Source: Octopus sinensis
Lineage: Eukaryota
DNA length: 64,000 nt
Assembly (NCBI RefSeq): GCF_006345805.1
Contig: NC_043008.1
Span: forward strand, 66,092,001 to 66,156,000
Direction: 5' to 3'
In this document: piece after piece, positions 51,515 through 64,000 of the stretch
How the letters are laid out: each line of letters starts with the position of its first letter
Numbering within the stretch: position 1 is the stretch's first letter
The notes under the pieces: model-generated
Databases searched by the model: none
Told to the model about the DNA's origin: nothing
What the model saw: the letters and a program-made list of their open reading frames with translations, nothing else
Position numbers and translations under genes: made by a program

Positions 51515-51748
51515 TTCGAAGTCACTGTCAACTCTTGTATAGGAGTAATATATCTGTACTCTGCAAAAGTATAGAAGAACGTATCAGATTAATGAAAAAA
51601 TTTTTAATAAATCATTATAACAACATAAAAACCAACATTTATATATATATATTATATATATACACACAATCTATATACATATATCCATATATGAATATAT
51701 ATATATATATATAATATATATATATATATACACATTATATATATAAAT

Positions 51749-51824
<76 letters not shown>

Positions 51825-52426
51825 ATATATATTACAAACTATATATATATATTTATGCATGTATATTTATTTAGTTATTTGCAACAGAAGAAATACTAGT
51901 ACCGAATAGCAAACGGTATATCCTACTTAACGTGAACATAATGCTGTGGTATTTGTCCAGAGGCGGCATCTCGTACAGACGTATAGTGCTAAAACGCACA
52001 GAAGTATCATCCATCACCAGTTGTGGAACTGACAGATCACGTGACTTCTGCATATTTGCGCTTCTTCAACGCTTGGTATCACTTCTCATCAAACTTCATT
52101 TCTACTGATAATATAACAGAAAGAGAGTGACTCATCTGTTTCTGGTATCGCAAATAACTGGTGGGCTGGGTAAAAATAAGTTACTAGAAGTTATAGAAGC
52201 AGCATTAGTACCGAAGTGCAACCTGTGTATGTAACACAATGTGGATATACAGTAAAAATGCTACAATACAGCAGTATTCGTCCTCGTATTGATGTATAGT
52301 GCTAAAACAATGCTTCCTCGGGACAAATATCGAAGCCTTATGTCGTTCTAATGGTATATCCGCCTTCCGCCTTATATAGGATAGACAGAATCGTCAAGAC
52401 ATACATATTTAAATATATATATATAT

Positions 52427-52482
<56 letters not shown>

Positions 52483-52623
52483 GGCATGTATGTATATGTG
52501 TATATGCACGTATGTATATATATACTCATACATATATAATATGCATATATTATATATAGTAAATATGCATATATATGTTTATATATGTGTATGTATATAT
52601 ATATATAATATTATATATATATT

Positions 52624-52662
<39 letters not shown>

Positions 52663-53191
52663 GTCATATTTGCATATACATATATCTAGTGTCATATTTG
52701 CATATACTTACATATATATCTATAGTTATAAGATATATATATATATATGTTAATATTTACATATACATATATATAATACACACACACACACACACACACT
52801 ATGAGCAGGCATCAGTAAATGACTGCCCATGAATATTTAAGGAAGTAGATTTACAAAATTATGTAGAGGTGGTGGTCAGGGCGGCAATGGTGTGAATGTG
52901 TGGGGAAGTATTTTTATGAGTGTGCGAGAGAGAGAGAGAGAGAGTGAGAGAGAGAATGAGTGAGTCGATGAAACCGTGATTTCGTGACGAATGTCTAGTT
53001 TATCCATTTATCCAAGTAAGTATTTTCGTGGTATTATAAAAAAAAAATCACTCGAGAATCATAGAAGATGATGTTTCGTGTTTCTTTCACTGATTACCAA
53101 GATGCAGGTATGAAAATTCTTGTACGCATTCTTTTGTTTGTTTCAGTCAGTTTACTGCGACCATGCTAGAGCACCTCCTTGGAGTGTGAGA

Positions 53192-53310
53192 TGATTACAG
53201 CACCTACGTTCTCCAAGTGATCACCCATCTAAGTACTTACTAAGCTCGATGTTGCCTAACTTCCATGATCGGACAAAAACCGATGCATTTAACGTCATAT
53301 GGCCGTAAAT
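53192..53310 (-). pseudogene. 5S rRNA pseudogene
   Basis: Reverse strand tttacggccatatgacgttaaatgcatcggtttttgtccgatcatggaagttaggcaacatcgagc..agtacttagatgggtgatc..ggtgctgta aligns end-to-end (~119 nt) with the metazoan 5S consensus, with many substitutions. Confidence 0.85.
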
Positions 53311-53640
53311 ACAAATATATGTTTTTGTGGTTTCATTGATTGAATTAAGGCCATGTTAGAGCACTACTTTGAACGATTTTAATCGATTATATTTCACGTC
53401 GCATAATTTATCTGATACTTATTTCATTGCATTCATATGATACGGAATGCTAAATGTACAGTGGCGTAAAGGGAGCTAAATCGGTCATACATATATGTAG
53501 ATGTATACAAATATGTACTTACGAATGCACGTATGTATGAATTTACGTATGTACGTACGTATGTGTGTGTATGTGCGTACGTATGTATGTACGTATGTAC
53601 ATATGTATTATGATGTATGTATTTATGTATATATGTATTA

Positions 53641-53750
53641 TGTCATTATTCAGTTTTATTTCAAGATTTCTTGCTAATAGAGAAAGAGTTGGTTTCTGAC
53701 CTAGATCTAAGGCTCCCTCATTGGAATTTCAACATCAACAGGCTATTTTT
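53641..53750 (-). mobile_element. 3' UTR of the RLE-type element seen at 5027-5385
   Basis: Matches 5290-5385; abuts (TATG)n. Confidence 0.7.
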
Positions 53751-54512
53751 ATTTGTATATGTATGTATGCATGTATAGTAATAAGAAATGCTTTATGTGT
53801 GGTGTTAGTGGTATTATGGGCTGTGATGAGCTATGTGGTGTTGGTGGAGGGGATTGCAGATGAGATAGACGGAAGTGAAGACTGCAGGGGCCTGTGGCAC
53901 AGTCACGGGGCATTCGTGTGCAGGAAGCACGTGTGGTCAGTTCGAGCAGAGATGGCAGCGAGCAAAGACGTGTTTATTTCATGAGAGTGATCGCTCATTC
54001 AGCCGAAGTCAACAAGTAAGACCTTTTGTATTTCTTTCTCCCGTTTGCTTCTTTTTCTGTTGTCCTTTTCTTCCATCACACGACATTATGTAATGTACGC
54101 ACGTTTCCGTGAGTCAACTGACTCCTCCTCGGTACTAGAGCAAAAAATACAATACGATGTTTGTTGCATACGTTTATATTATGGATGTTAATAGAAGGGT
54201 GATAGACCTGACATGGTGCGATAATGTTGAGAGAAGAAGAGGGAGTAAAAATGTAGAAGACAGGGGTGGACATACACATACGCACATGTTAACGCATACC
54301 TACTCACACACACAAAGAACGTGTGATATTGGCTGTTTAAATACTGATGTTCCTAGAGATGAATCTGATGATGCAGAAACATGGGCTCTCACTTGGAACT
54401 GTAACCACTGACATCAAAAACGCAACATGTATGTAATACATTTTCGACTTTGTTTTGTTGTACTTTTGTGCAATGTTGTTTTGTCTTTTTTTGTTTGCTT
54501 TTTTTCTATGAA

Positions 54513-55160
54513 AGGCAGTGATTTAGTAGAATCGCTTGTGCATCGAGCTGGCAGAAATGTTAGCACGCCGGGCGAAATGCTTAGCAGTATTTCGTCTGCT
54601 GCTACGTTCTGAGTTCAAATTCCGCCGACGTCAACTTTGCCTTTCATCCTTTCGGGGTCGATTAAATAAGTACCAGTTACGCGCTGGGGTCGATATAATT
54701 GACTTAATCCGTTTGTCTGTCCTTGTTTGTCCCCTCTATGTTTAGCCCCTTGTGGGTAGTAAAGAAATAGAAATAGTTATTTCATCTGCCGTTATGTTCT
54801 GAGTTCAAATTCCGCCGAGGTCGACTTTGCCTTTCATCTTTTCGGGGTCGATTAAATAAGTACCAGTTACGCACTGGGGTCAATGTAATCGACTTAATCT
54901 CTTTGTCTGTCCTCAGTTGTCCCCTCTATGTTTAGCCCCTTGTGAACAATAAAGAAATAAGAATCGCTTGTGCATCGGACAAAATACTTAGCCTCATTTC
55001 TTCCGGCCCTTTATGTTCTAAGTTCTGATACCACTGAGGTCGGTTTTACCTTTCATCATTTCGGGGTGGTTAAAATAAAGTACCAGTCAAATATTTGTGT
55101 CGTCTTAAATTGACTTGACTCCGCTCCACAAAATCTCAAGCCTTGCGCCTATAATAGAAA
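54513..55160 (+). mobile_element. SINE-B dimer inserted in an older SINE-B head with an 18-bp TSD
   Basis: agaatcgcttgtgcatcg at 54528-54545 and 54960-54977. Confidence 0.85.
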
Positions 55161-55215
55161 AGTTATTCAAAGTTTATACTTCTGAAAATCTGGAACATGT
55201 TTTTGCGGTAATATA

Positions 55216-55356
55216 TTAGGTTGTCCCAAAAGTTCGTAAACACTTGCGAAAATTGAATTTTTACTCGCCAAGTACTAACAAAAACAACAAAAATTATTCC
55301 TCAAAATAAAGACCATTATTTTCCAAGACTTTCTACGAACTTTTGGGACAACCTTA
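55216..55356. mobile_element. Mariner-type MITE (141 bp) with TA TSD
   Basis: TIR ttaggttgtcccaaaagttcgta / tacgaacttttgggacaacctta, flanked by TA. Confidence 0.85.
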
Positions 55357-55399
55357 TATTTTGAAGCTCTGACAATTTGCCCATTCACTTTTTGTTGTA

Positions 55400-55660
55400 G
55401 CAAGATTAGACGACGGTGATGAGCACCAGTTTTTCATAGATTATTTTGAAACCAAGTGTATTGGGTCTGTACGATGTGGAAGACGTCGACACCCAAGATT
55501 TCCCAATAAGACATTGGAATGTTTATGAACATATAGAAAAATCTCTTGTCACATACCAGTAATAGCGCTGAAGGTTGGCACAACGCATTTAGCAAACGTG
55601 TTACCATTACTCATCCTCTGTGACGTAGACTCGTTAAGAAAATTAAATACGATCATAGTG
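55400..55660 (+). mobile_element. Decayed MULE (Mutator-like) transposase fragment
   Basis: FIDYFETKCIG..RRRHPRFP/RHWNVYE../SNSAEGWHNAFSKRV..HP matches the MULE DYFE..WIG..WN..TNN..EGWHN region; frameshifted. Confidence 0.8.
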
Positions 55661-55921
55661 GAATGTGGTATTTATCGAGCAGCTGGTTGGCGGCACTGAA
55701 GCCTCCACCAAGTAAAAAGACATTACTATGTGTTGAATGAACGGCTAATGAATATGGTAACTAGATATCATGTTGTTAATGATGGAATAATTAATTATCT
55801 GCGATCTGTAACAACACATAACTTTATGAAATTGGTTCAGGTAGAAATGTTTGAAAAACTGATACTGTTTTTTTCCCTTTTGTTATTTTTCTTGGAAACT
55901 ACTAATTGTGTGTGTGCGTGT

Positions 55922-55968
<47 letters not shown>

Positions 55969-56823
55969 CGTGTGTGTGGTGTAAATTCTGTTTTTTTAAG
56001 TTTATAATTAAAAATTACTGAAAAACAAAGGCGGTGGCAGATTTGTTAGCATCCGGACATATTGCTTGCTTCGTAGCAGTTCGTCCGACTTTGCGTTCTG
56101 AGTTCAAATCCCACCGACGTTGACATTACTTTCATTTGTTTCAGGGTCGATGAAATAAGTACCAGTTAACTACAGAGGGCAATGTGATCGATTAGTCCCC
56201 TCCCTCAAAATTCCAGCTCATGGACCAATAGTAGAACAAATTAAAATTACTCAATATTTACACCTAACCCTCTGCTACTCGGCGTTTCCTGGAAGCCGAA
56301 TATGTTCAAAAAGTGTTTTCTTTTTTCCATTTTTTATATTTTTTCGTTGTTGTTAAACTTGAATGACTTACCTTATCACAAGATTTTTTTTTCTAGGTAA
56401 TTGTATTTGAATATGTTACATGTTTTCTTACTTAAGGCAGGTATATATCTCTAACCTCGAATAATTATTTTCAGACTTGTATGTCGTGAGAAACTTATTC
56501 TTCATTTCAGTTTCATGACTTTAAAAAAATAAAGGAAAACAAAAAATAACGGTAGTTATTTTTTTTCTGTTTTCTATAAATTCATGTAATAAAACTGAAG
56601 AGTACAGTATCTTTCTAAAGTCTCTTACACCCTTTATCAACTCCCTCTCTCCCTCTCTTCCCTCAGTCTCTCCCCTCCCTCTCCCCCCTCTCTCTCCCCC
56701 CTCTCTCTCTTATCTTTTTAAGTCACGTCTTATAATTTCTTCTTCATATTCTCCTTGCAAATATATTCTCTCTTGACGTTATATTGCTTACAGCAAATTA
56801 AAATACTATTAAACTGAAGAATA

Positions 56824-56994
56824 GGCGCAGGAGTGGCTGTGTGGTAAGTAGCTTGCTAACCAACCACATGGTTCCGGATTCAGTCCCACTGCGTGGCATC
56901 TTGGGCAAGTGTCTTCTGCTATAGCCCCGGGCCGACCAAAGCCTTGTGAGTGGATTTGGTAGACGGAAACTGAAAGAAGCCTGTCGTATATATG

Positions 56995-57025
<31 letters not shown>

Positions 57026-57260
57026 CTATATATATATATATATGTGTGTGTGTTTGTTGTGGTCTGTGTTTGTCCCCCTAGCATTGCTTGACAACCGATG
57101 CTGGTGTGTTTACGTCCCCGTCACTTAGCGGTTCGGCAAAAGAGACCGATAGAATAAGTACTGGGCTTACAAAGAATAAGTCCCGGGGTCGATTTGCTCG
57201 ACTAAAGGCGGTGCTCCAGCATGGCCGCAGTCAACTGACTGAAACAAGTAAAAGAGAGAG
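56824..57260 (+). mobile_element. SINE family A (full length)
   Basis: Near-identical to other family A copies. Confidence 0.9.
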
Positions 57261-57757
57261 AGTATTTCTCGCTGCCAGTTTCTTTCTTTCCCTATCTTAC
57301 TGTATTTCTTTCTATATTCCTATCTCCAAATTCTTTCTCTCTCTGTTTCTACATCTGTTCTCATATAGCTTCCAGTTACCCTTCTCTCTATCTATTGGTC
57401 TTCTATTCTCTCTCTTTTTCCCTTGTTCAACTGCTGTGTTTTTTTAACAGTCTTAAGATACATTTTATTCCTTAGACAACCGTCGTCTTTTATCTTTTAC
57501 TTGTTTCAGTCATTACACTGCGGCCATGCTGAGACACCCACCGCTTTGAAGAATTTTTAGTTGAGTGAATCGATTCCAGGACTTAATTTTATTAAGCCTA
57601 GTACTTACTTTATCAGTATATTTTGCCGAACCGCTAGATTTAGGTGACGAAAACACACCATCACAGGTTGTCAAACGGTGGTGGGAGGACAGACACCAGA
57701 CATAAACACACCGAAACATATTGTATATATATGTATGTGTGTGTGCGTGTGTGTATG

Positions 57758-57812
<55 letters not shown>

Positions 57813-58704
57813 CAAATGAGACAGGGGTTGCAAGTGCATATATATATACATATATATGAGGGCTTCTTTCAGTTTCCGTCAGCCAAATCCACTCACAAGA
57901 CTTTGTTCGGCCCGAGGTTACAGTAGAAACCACTAACTCAAAGTGCCACTTAGTGAGACTTGAACTCGAAACCATGTGGTTGAGAAGAAAGCTTCTTAAC
58001 ATACAACCACAGCTTGGTGTAGTTACATTTTTATACATTAGACATGTCTTCAAATGCTTCTATCTATTTCAACCTTTTCTTAATTAACACCATATATTGT
58101 TTCATAAACATCGATTAGCTAATATCCGTTTGAGCCTGCGCATGACAGATATAAATGTATGCATGCATGTATCTGTCAGGGATGAAGAAAATTGTATGCA
58201 CATGTAGTAGAACGAGAAAAGAAGGGGCGAAGAGAAAGATTAAGGAAGGACGGAAAGAAGAAGAAATGAGAATGTGCTTGACCTCACAAACTAATAACGC
58301 AGTTTAGAATGCTTCTGTACATCCCATTAACACTTCTACTCAACTATCTTTGTTGTTTCTTACACTCACTACCACTACAACTCATCGTATTTTTGTATCT
58401 TGTTTTGCTTAACTCTTCCTTGTTTTATCATAAGGTGACTTGCAACACTCGAATCTTCCCACTCAATATGGTTAAGGTTCGTGGAGAAATAGCGATGCTC
58501 TTTCAAGACAAACTGACAAATATTAGAATTAATTATATGAATTATTTTGCAAAATCTAGGATAGGATATAACAATCTCCTTCAAATCACAACTTTCCGTA
58601 GTTTTTCTTTCTGTTTTTTTAATGAAAGGACACATTGAAACAATTCGTACTTGATACCAAGAAGACGAAGAAGAAGGCTGCGATGGAACATCTTTGATCA
58701 TAAA

Positions 58705-58858
58705 CAGTGCCGTCTTAAGACATTGGCACAGGGGCCTCATGTGTCTGGGCACCCAAATATGATCTATGGATGTTGTGGTTTGCTGTCAATAAATGAATAT
58801 AATAAAGCCCAGTGCAGTGATTTGCCCAGGGGCCTATAAATCGGTTAAGACCGTCCTG
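58705..58858. mobile_element. Small MITE (hAT-like TIRs)
   Basis: cagtgccgtcttaa ... ttaagaccgtcctg with internal ggggcc motifs. Confidence 0.5.
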
Positions 58859-59562
58859 ATCACAGGTCTGTTCAATCACGGCTCATCTGACACAAAACAA
58901 CAACAACAACAGCAATATAACGCACCGTGTGACCGTTCTGAGGTTTGTTGCTTGTACTGTATTAACACTGACAATATAATACATAATAAGACATAAACCA
59001 TATTGTTTGGAGATTATGTGATACTGAAATCCTGTTGTGTGTTTCAGTATTCTGAAGTAAGAATTAATCTGATATAACATGAAACAAGATTTTAAACACG
59101 CTTAGAGCTCTGCTAAAAGAATGGTTTGGTAAAATCCCTGGATTCTGCTAATCATGAGTGGCAGCTTGTATTTGAATCTCTCTCATCTTTCTCTCTATTC
59201 CACTCTCACTTCCTTTCTTTCTTTTCTCTCTCTCTTTTTCTCTCTCTTTCTCTCTCTCTCTCACACTCTCTCTCTCTCTGTCTCTCTCTCTCTCTCTTTA
59301 TATATGTATTGTATATTTATATATATATACATATATATATATATACATACATACATACATATATATATTATATATGTATATATATATAAATATACAATAC
59401 ATATATAAAGAGAGAGAGAGAGAGACAGAGAGAGAGAGAGAGGGAGAGAGAGAGAGAGAGATAAAAATGGTAAGACAGCAAAAGAATGAAAGAGACCTCG
59501 ATATTATGTAAATAGAGGAATTTATCTGTAAATGTAATATGTGGCAATTATTCGGTAGCCAT

Positions 59563-59623
59563 GATAAAACTCAGAGTTTCGGATGCCGAGGTGGAAATCC
59601 ACGCCGCCATCTCTTCAGTTATC
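59563..59623 (-). ncRNA. Type I hammerhead motif, same family as 28779-28839 (element 59464-59682)
   Basis: GAUAA-CUGAAGA-[GAUG..GUGGA uu UCCAC..CAUC]c-GAAAC-UCUGA-GUU|UUAUC; inverted duplication of the downstream tail. Confidence 0.8.
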
Positions 59624-59714
59624 GGAGAAAATGCAATTTTATCATGGCTACCGAATAATTGTCACATATTACATTTTCAGATATATATATATATTAATAT
59701 ATATATATACCCCC

Positions 59715-60364
59715 AAAAGCAGGGGGTAAACAAGTACGTCGTTTTTCTATATAGTCTCCTTGCTTTTCGATGCGCTTGGTCCAGCGGTCCACAAGCTTAG
59801 GTATTCCCTCCAAGAAGGTTATCGGTTGGTTGTGCACCCATTTATGCACCGCTTCCTTCCTGTCTTCATCCGTAGGAAATCGACGAACTCATAAACCATC
59901 ATTCAGCGATTCAAAGATAAAATTATTGGAAGTGGCGAGATCTGGGCTGTTGGCAGTGCGTTCCAGCACCTCAAAGCCCAATATTTTAATGGTTTCAACG
60001 GTCCGGGCGCCCGTGTGTGAGTAAGCATTGTTATGCAACAACGAAACTTTCTTCGACAGTAGGCTTGAGTGTTTGGTGCGAATTGCTGGTATCAGTTTGT
60101 TGGCCAGCAAAGCACTGTATGTTGCACTGTTGATCGTACACCCCTTTTCCAGAGAAATCGAATCACTGCTCTTTGTTCTTCTTTGGTGCACATTGCTAGT
60201 GAAGCGGCCTTGCTTACACTATAAAGAAAAATGGCGCGATGAGGCTCAAACTTACATCAAGTGACCACAATAGTACCAACTATAAGAACGCATGCGCAGA
60301 AGGCGGTGTGACAATAATATAGATATGTTATGGCAAAAGTGCGGATAAATTTTAACTTCTCGTA
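59715..60364 (-). mobile_element. Internally deleted mariner element (irritans-like)
   Basis: GCTINSATY..LLANKLIPAIRTK..LLSKKVSLLHNNAYSH..GFEVLE..NSPDLATS corresponds to the decayed HDNARPH / YSPDLAPSD motifs. Confidence 0.85.
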
Positions 60365-60467
60365 TTGATAGATAGATAGATAGATAGAAGATAGATAGAT
60401 AGATATAGATAGATAGATATGAGTATATATGAGTGTGTACATACACACACACACACACATATATATA

Positions 60468-61342
60468 CTAGCAGAATTTCCCGGCGTTGCTCGGGGCTGA
60501 ATTGCTTGAAAGTACTGTTAATGATTGCACTGAATTATGATGATTATTCAGGCAAATATTGATAAAGTTTACGGCGAATGAATTTGTATTTGTAAGTGTA
60601 TAGAAAGCCGTGTGTAAAGGGGTTCCTACCCCCTCGTAGAATGGTGTAAGAATTGAATGCGAGATTGCCTTGAAAAGAGCCATGTTATTGTTCTCATAAT
60701 TGTAAGAATTTGATAGTCGTGGAAGGCGATGTAAAACGTTCGCAGGTGAATAGGGTCTCTTCGTTTTGCACGAACGGCAGCGGTTGTGCTGTTACAAAAC
60801 TTCATGCTGTGTTAAAAGAGAGTGGATTTCCTATGTAGGCAAGAGAGGAATGAAGCATGGGTAAGTAAATATGGGTCATTTATAAAATATAGAACAATAG
60901 CATCTACTCACCATAAGTCAGACCGGCAAGACTGTAGTGGTGCTGATTAGATGAATCACAATACAGTGGTGGAGATGTTTTCATTGATGGGCGTTTTGAT
61001 TAAATTTGTTGTTGTATAAAATGATCTGTTGCTTTGTTTCCAAAGGGTATGTTGCGATCGTGTTGTAGCTTATGTAAACTTTAACAGTGAGAGTGTAGAT
61101 GTAGGGGGTAGATGTGTCATCTACGTTGGATATAGAAGATGAGGCTGGTGGTTTGATGTGAATGGATAGAAATAGAGGTGAGCGAAGGACATGTGTTCGT
61201 TAAGTGTGAATTAATACGACCCGATGTATTCTACTCGTAAAAATGATAGGTAAATTCTAATTGAAGAAATTCTATATTGTAGATTTGTATAATAAACAAA
61301 CGGTTTGGGAGGCAGATAAAATCTACCTTTTATAATAAGAGA
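60468..61342 (-). mobile_element. Non-autonomous Helitron
   Basis: Reverse strand starts A|TCTCTTATTATAAAAG and ends with the GC hairpin cccgagcaacgccggg followed by CTAG|T: canonical Helitron termini and an A-T insertion site. Confidence 0.75.
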
Positions 61343-61667
61343 TATATGCAGGTATGCGTGTGTATTTGTAATTGATCCCAGTCTTTTGTCGAAGAGGATT
61401 CACGTTTTCGATCAACTGAATTACCTGCTCCTGAAATAATATGTAATTACCTGAGCGTCCCACGGACATGATTACCATTGATATGGCCAGCGCGACACAG
61501 TATTTGTCATGGCTGTACTTCTTGTATAACGCGAACAAACCACCTGATTGGCTTCTATACAATTTCGTCAATCCAGTTTCCATCATGACCAGAGGCTACA
61601 GAAGATTATATTTGCCCATGATGTCAGCCATACTACGCCTACACACACTTATATATATTTCATTTAC

Positions 61668-62032
61668 CTTTTATTTGTTTCAGTCATTTGATTGCGGCCA
61701 TGCTGGGGCACAGCCTTGAACTTTTAGTCGAATGAAGCCTGGTACATATTCTATTGGCTTCTGCTGAACCGTTAAGTTACGGGGACACAACCACACCAAC
61801 ACCGGTTGCCAAGCGGTGGTAGGAGGACAAACACAGACACAAATTACACACACACGCACACACACATATACGACGAGCTTCTTTCAGTTTCCGTCTACCA
61901 AGTCCACTCACAAGGCTTTGGTTGGCCAGAGACTTTAGTACAAGACACTTCCCAAAGTGCCACGCAGTGGGACTGAACCCAGAACCATGTGGTTTGGAGG
62001 CAAGCTTCTTACTAAACAACCACTCCTGCGCC
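61668..62032 (-). mobile_element. SINE family A (older copy)
   Basis: Diverged full-length family A. Confidence 0.85.
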
Positions 62033-62934
62033 GATATATATATTTCAAATGAAATATGTTTTCACATTTACTTAATCCTGTGTCATGGAATATACTTGAA
62101 TTAGATATGTGTCGTATACATTATTAAATTATGAAATCTACTGTAGCGTAAGCCATAACTTGAACTATAGTTCTCAGAGTTTCCCAGCTGAGAAGCATGA
62201 TCCACACAATCATCATAAAAGGAACAGTGTCACCATTAAGGGCTTTAAAGCCTACGCGAATATGGCTCGACCAGTCAGCATTGGTTAACTTATGTTTGAT
62301 ACAGCAAACTTCGAAAGAAGTGTCTGAGTTTTCCTGCCAAATATTTTTTACCGAGGGTTATGGAATATGTGGCTTACAGTTATAAAAATCTGGCAAATTC
62401 AACCTCGGACCAGAGCTATTCATGACTCTATGTTTTGCTAAGTAAGTTGGTTTCACTTTATTCTCTCTCTTTCTCTCTCACTCTCTCTCCCTCTCTCTCT
62501 CCCTCTCTCTTTCTCTCTCTCCCTCTCTCTCCCTCTCTTTTTTTTCTTATTTCACATGCTTATGTCATATTCGACAAACTGCACTAACCTTAAGTTATAG
62601 CGCCGAATAAAGCACACAGATTATATGTAGTGATTTAAATTTCTCCTTCAACGGCGATGCATTACTTTCATAATATTACAGAAAATTCTTAACTACTTCG
62701 TTATCTCATGAAAGTTGTTCCACTAATTTAATCATATGTTCACACATATATATAAACGATGCGGTCTAATAAAGATCTTGATGGGTATTGCGAAAGTCTT
62801 TGTAGTAGGATGCCTGGGAAAATACTCCGGCAATACCCCTTAAATATTTTAACAATCCAACAAATTAAAATGGTCACTTTTGAGTGCTTCTTTAGCATGC
62901 AGTCTATATGGCCATTTACACTTTAGCGTGCAAT

Positions 62935-63418
62935 CTAACCCTAACCCTAAACGCCAAACTTTAACCCTAAACGCCAACCCCTAACCCTAAACGCTAAACC
63001 CTAACCCTAAACGCCAAACTCTAATCCTAAAAGCTGAATCTTAACCGTAAACGCCAAACCCTAACCCTAAACGTCAAACCCTAACCCTAAACGCCAACCC
63101 CTAACCCTAAACGCCGACCCTAATCCTAAACACCAAACCCTAATCCTAAAAGCCAAACCATAACCCTAAACGCTAAACCCTAACCCTAAACGCCAAACTC
63201 TAATCCTAAAAGCCAAACCCTAACCGTAAACGCGAAACCTTAACCCTAAACGTCAACCCTACCCTAAACGCCAACCCCTAACTCTAAACGCCAAACCCTA
63301 ACCCTAAACGCCAAACCCTAACTCTAAACGCCAAATGCGGACCCTAAACGCCAACCCCTAACCCTAAACGCTAACCCTAACACTAAACCCTAACCCTAAA
63401 CCCCAACCCTAATCCAAA
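62935..63418. repeat. Telomere-like ~20-bp satellite (aaccctaaccctaaacgcca)n inside an inverted-repeat-bounded element (62881-63487)
   Basis: ~24 units containing CCCTAA motifs. Flanks tgagtgcttctttagcatgcagtcta / tagaccttacgctaaagtagaactca are imperfect inverted repeats (20/26). Confidence 0.85.
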
Positions 63419-64000
63419 CATAGATGAGGTCATTTCACGGTGTAGTCAACTGATGCTGCGGTAGACCTTACGCTAAAGTAGAACTCATTCTTGTCTTTAC
63501 ATGCAGCCCATCTAATATTGTGAGCTACCAACCAAGATATATGACTAATCGCCATACTAAAATACTATTAATATTGAAGTTGGCATCCTGAACATAATGC
63601 ATTAGACATCGTGGAAGACAACATCATTTCTTGCAGCAAAGATAAATTTTCAAGAGAAATTCAATAGCATTCCATTAAACCGAATGTGCTTTCATTAAGA
63701 AGAATTCTCGGATTGCTAGTGCTTGAAGCAATTCTTTCACAAAATTACTTCTGAAAACTATAGTTGCCATACTATACATAGATAATTTGTCAAATAGATT
63801 TATAATAGTAAATACTTCCCAGCTGTTGCGTTTTGGTGTTTTCTCTCTTCCTTTCGTCTCCTCTCTCTCATACGTATAATACATATATATAATATATATA
63901 CAACATATATATAATATATAATATTACATAATATTATATAATATATAATATTATATAACGTCGCCTTTTTCAAGCCTAGCCAGGCTCATGGGCCCGGTTT

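Noticed and set aside
54360-54395. ctgatgatgcagaaac
   Set aside because: Only 4 nt between the core halves and no stem I.
61323-62450. Short unique ORFs 61323-61586, 61468-61719 and 62197-62385
   Set aside because: No recognisable domain and conflicting strands; unsupported without RNA data.
62935-63418. True telomere
   Set aside because: Degenerate 20-bp units with ordinary sequence on both sides.

Overview
AT-rich eukaryotic DNA dominated by microsatellites ((TA)n, (CATA)n, (GATA)n, (CA)n, (CAT)n, (GGT)n, (CTT)n) and interspersed repeats. The SINE repertoire resembles that of an octopus/cephalopod genome; this is an inference from remembered consensus sequences. No intact host protein-coding gene can be supported, and almost all listed ORFs are microsatellite or SINE artefacts. 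Recognisable content: four tRNA-derived SINE families (dozens of copies), decayed mariner/Tc1/MULE transposases and MITEs, a non-autonomous Helitron, LINE fragments (RTE, CR1-like, RLE-type), an LTR with a tRNA-Trp-like PBS, a 5S rRNA pseudogene, a telomere-like satellite inside an inverted-repeat element, and a ~3 kb inverted duplication. The most striking signal is a set of about a dozen minimal type I hammerhead-ribozyme motifs (stem I - CUGANGA - stem II - GAAA - short, mostly palindromic stem III - NUH) in several unrelated Penelope-pLTR/retrozyme-like repeat families. They include an ORF-less ~540-bp tandem/inverted array with one hammerhead per unit (1-1888), a hairpin carrying two opposed hammerheads (36370-36734), a two-copy family with stem II covariation (28779/59563) and a G3-C8 core-swapped variant (47482-47530). 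A second unusual pattern is a SINE that repeatedly inserts into its own family's head, building chains and an 8-unit higher-order array. All folds and alignments were done by eye and no activity is demonstrated.
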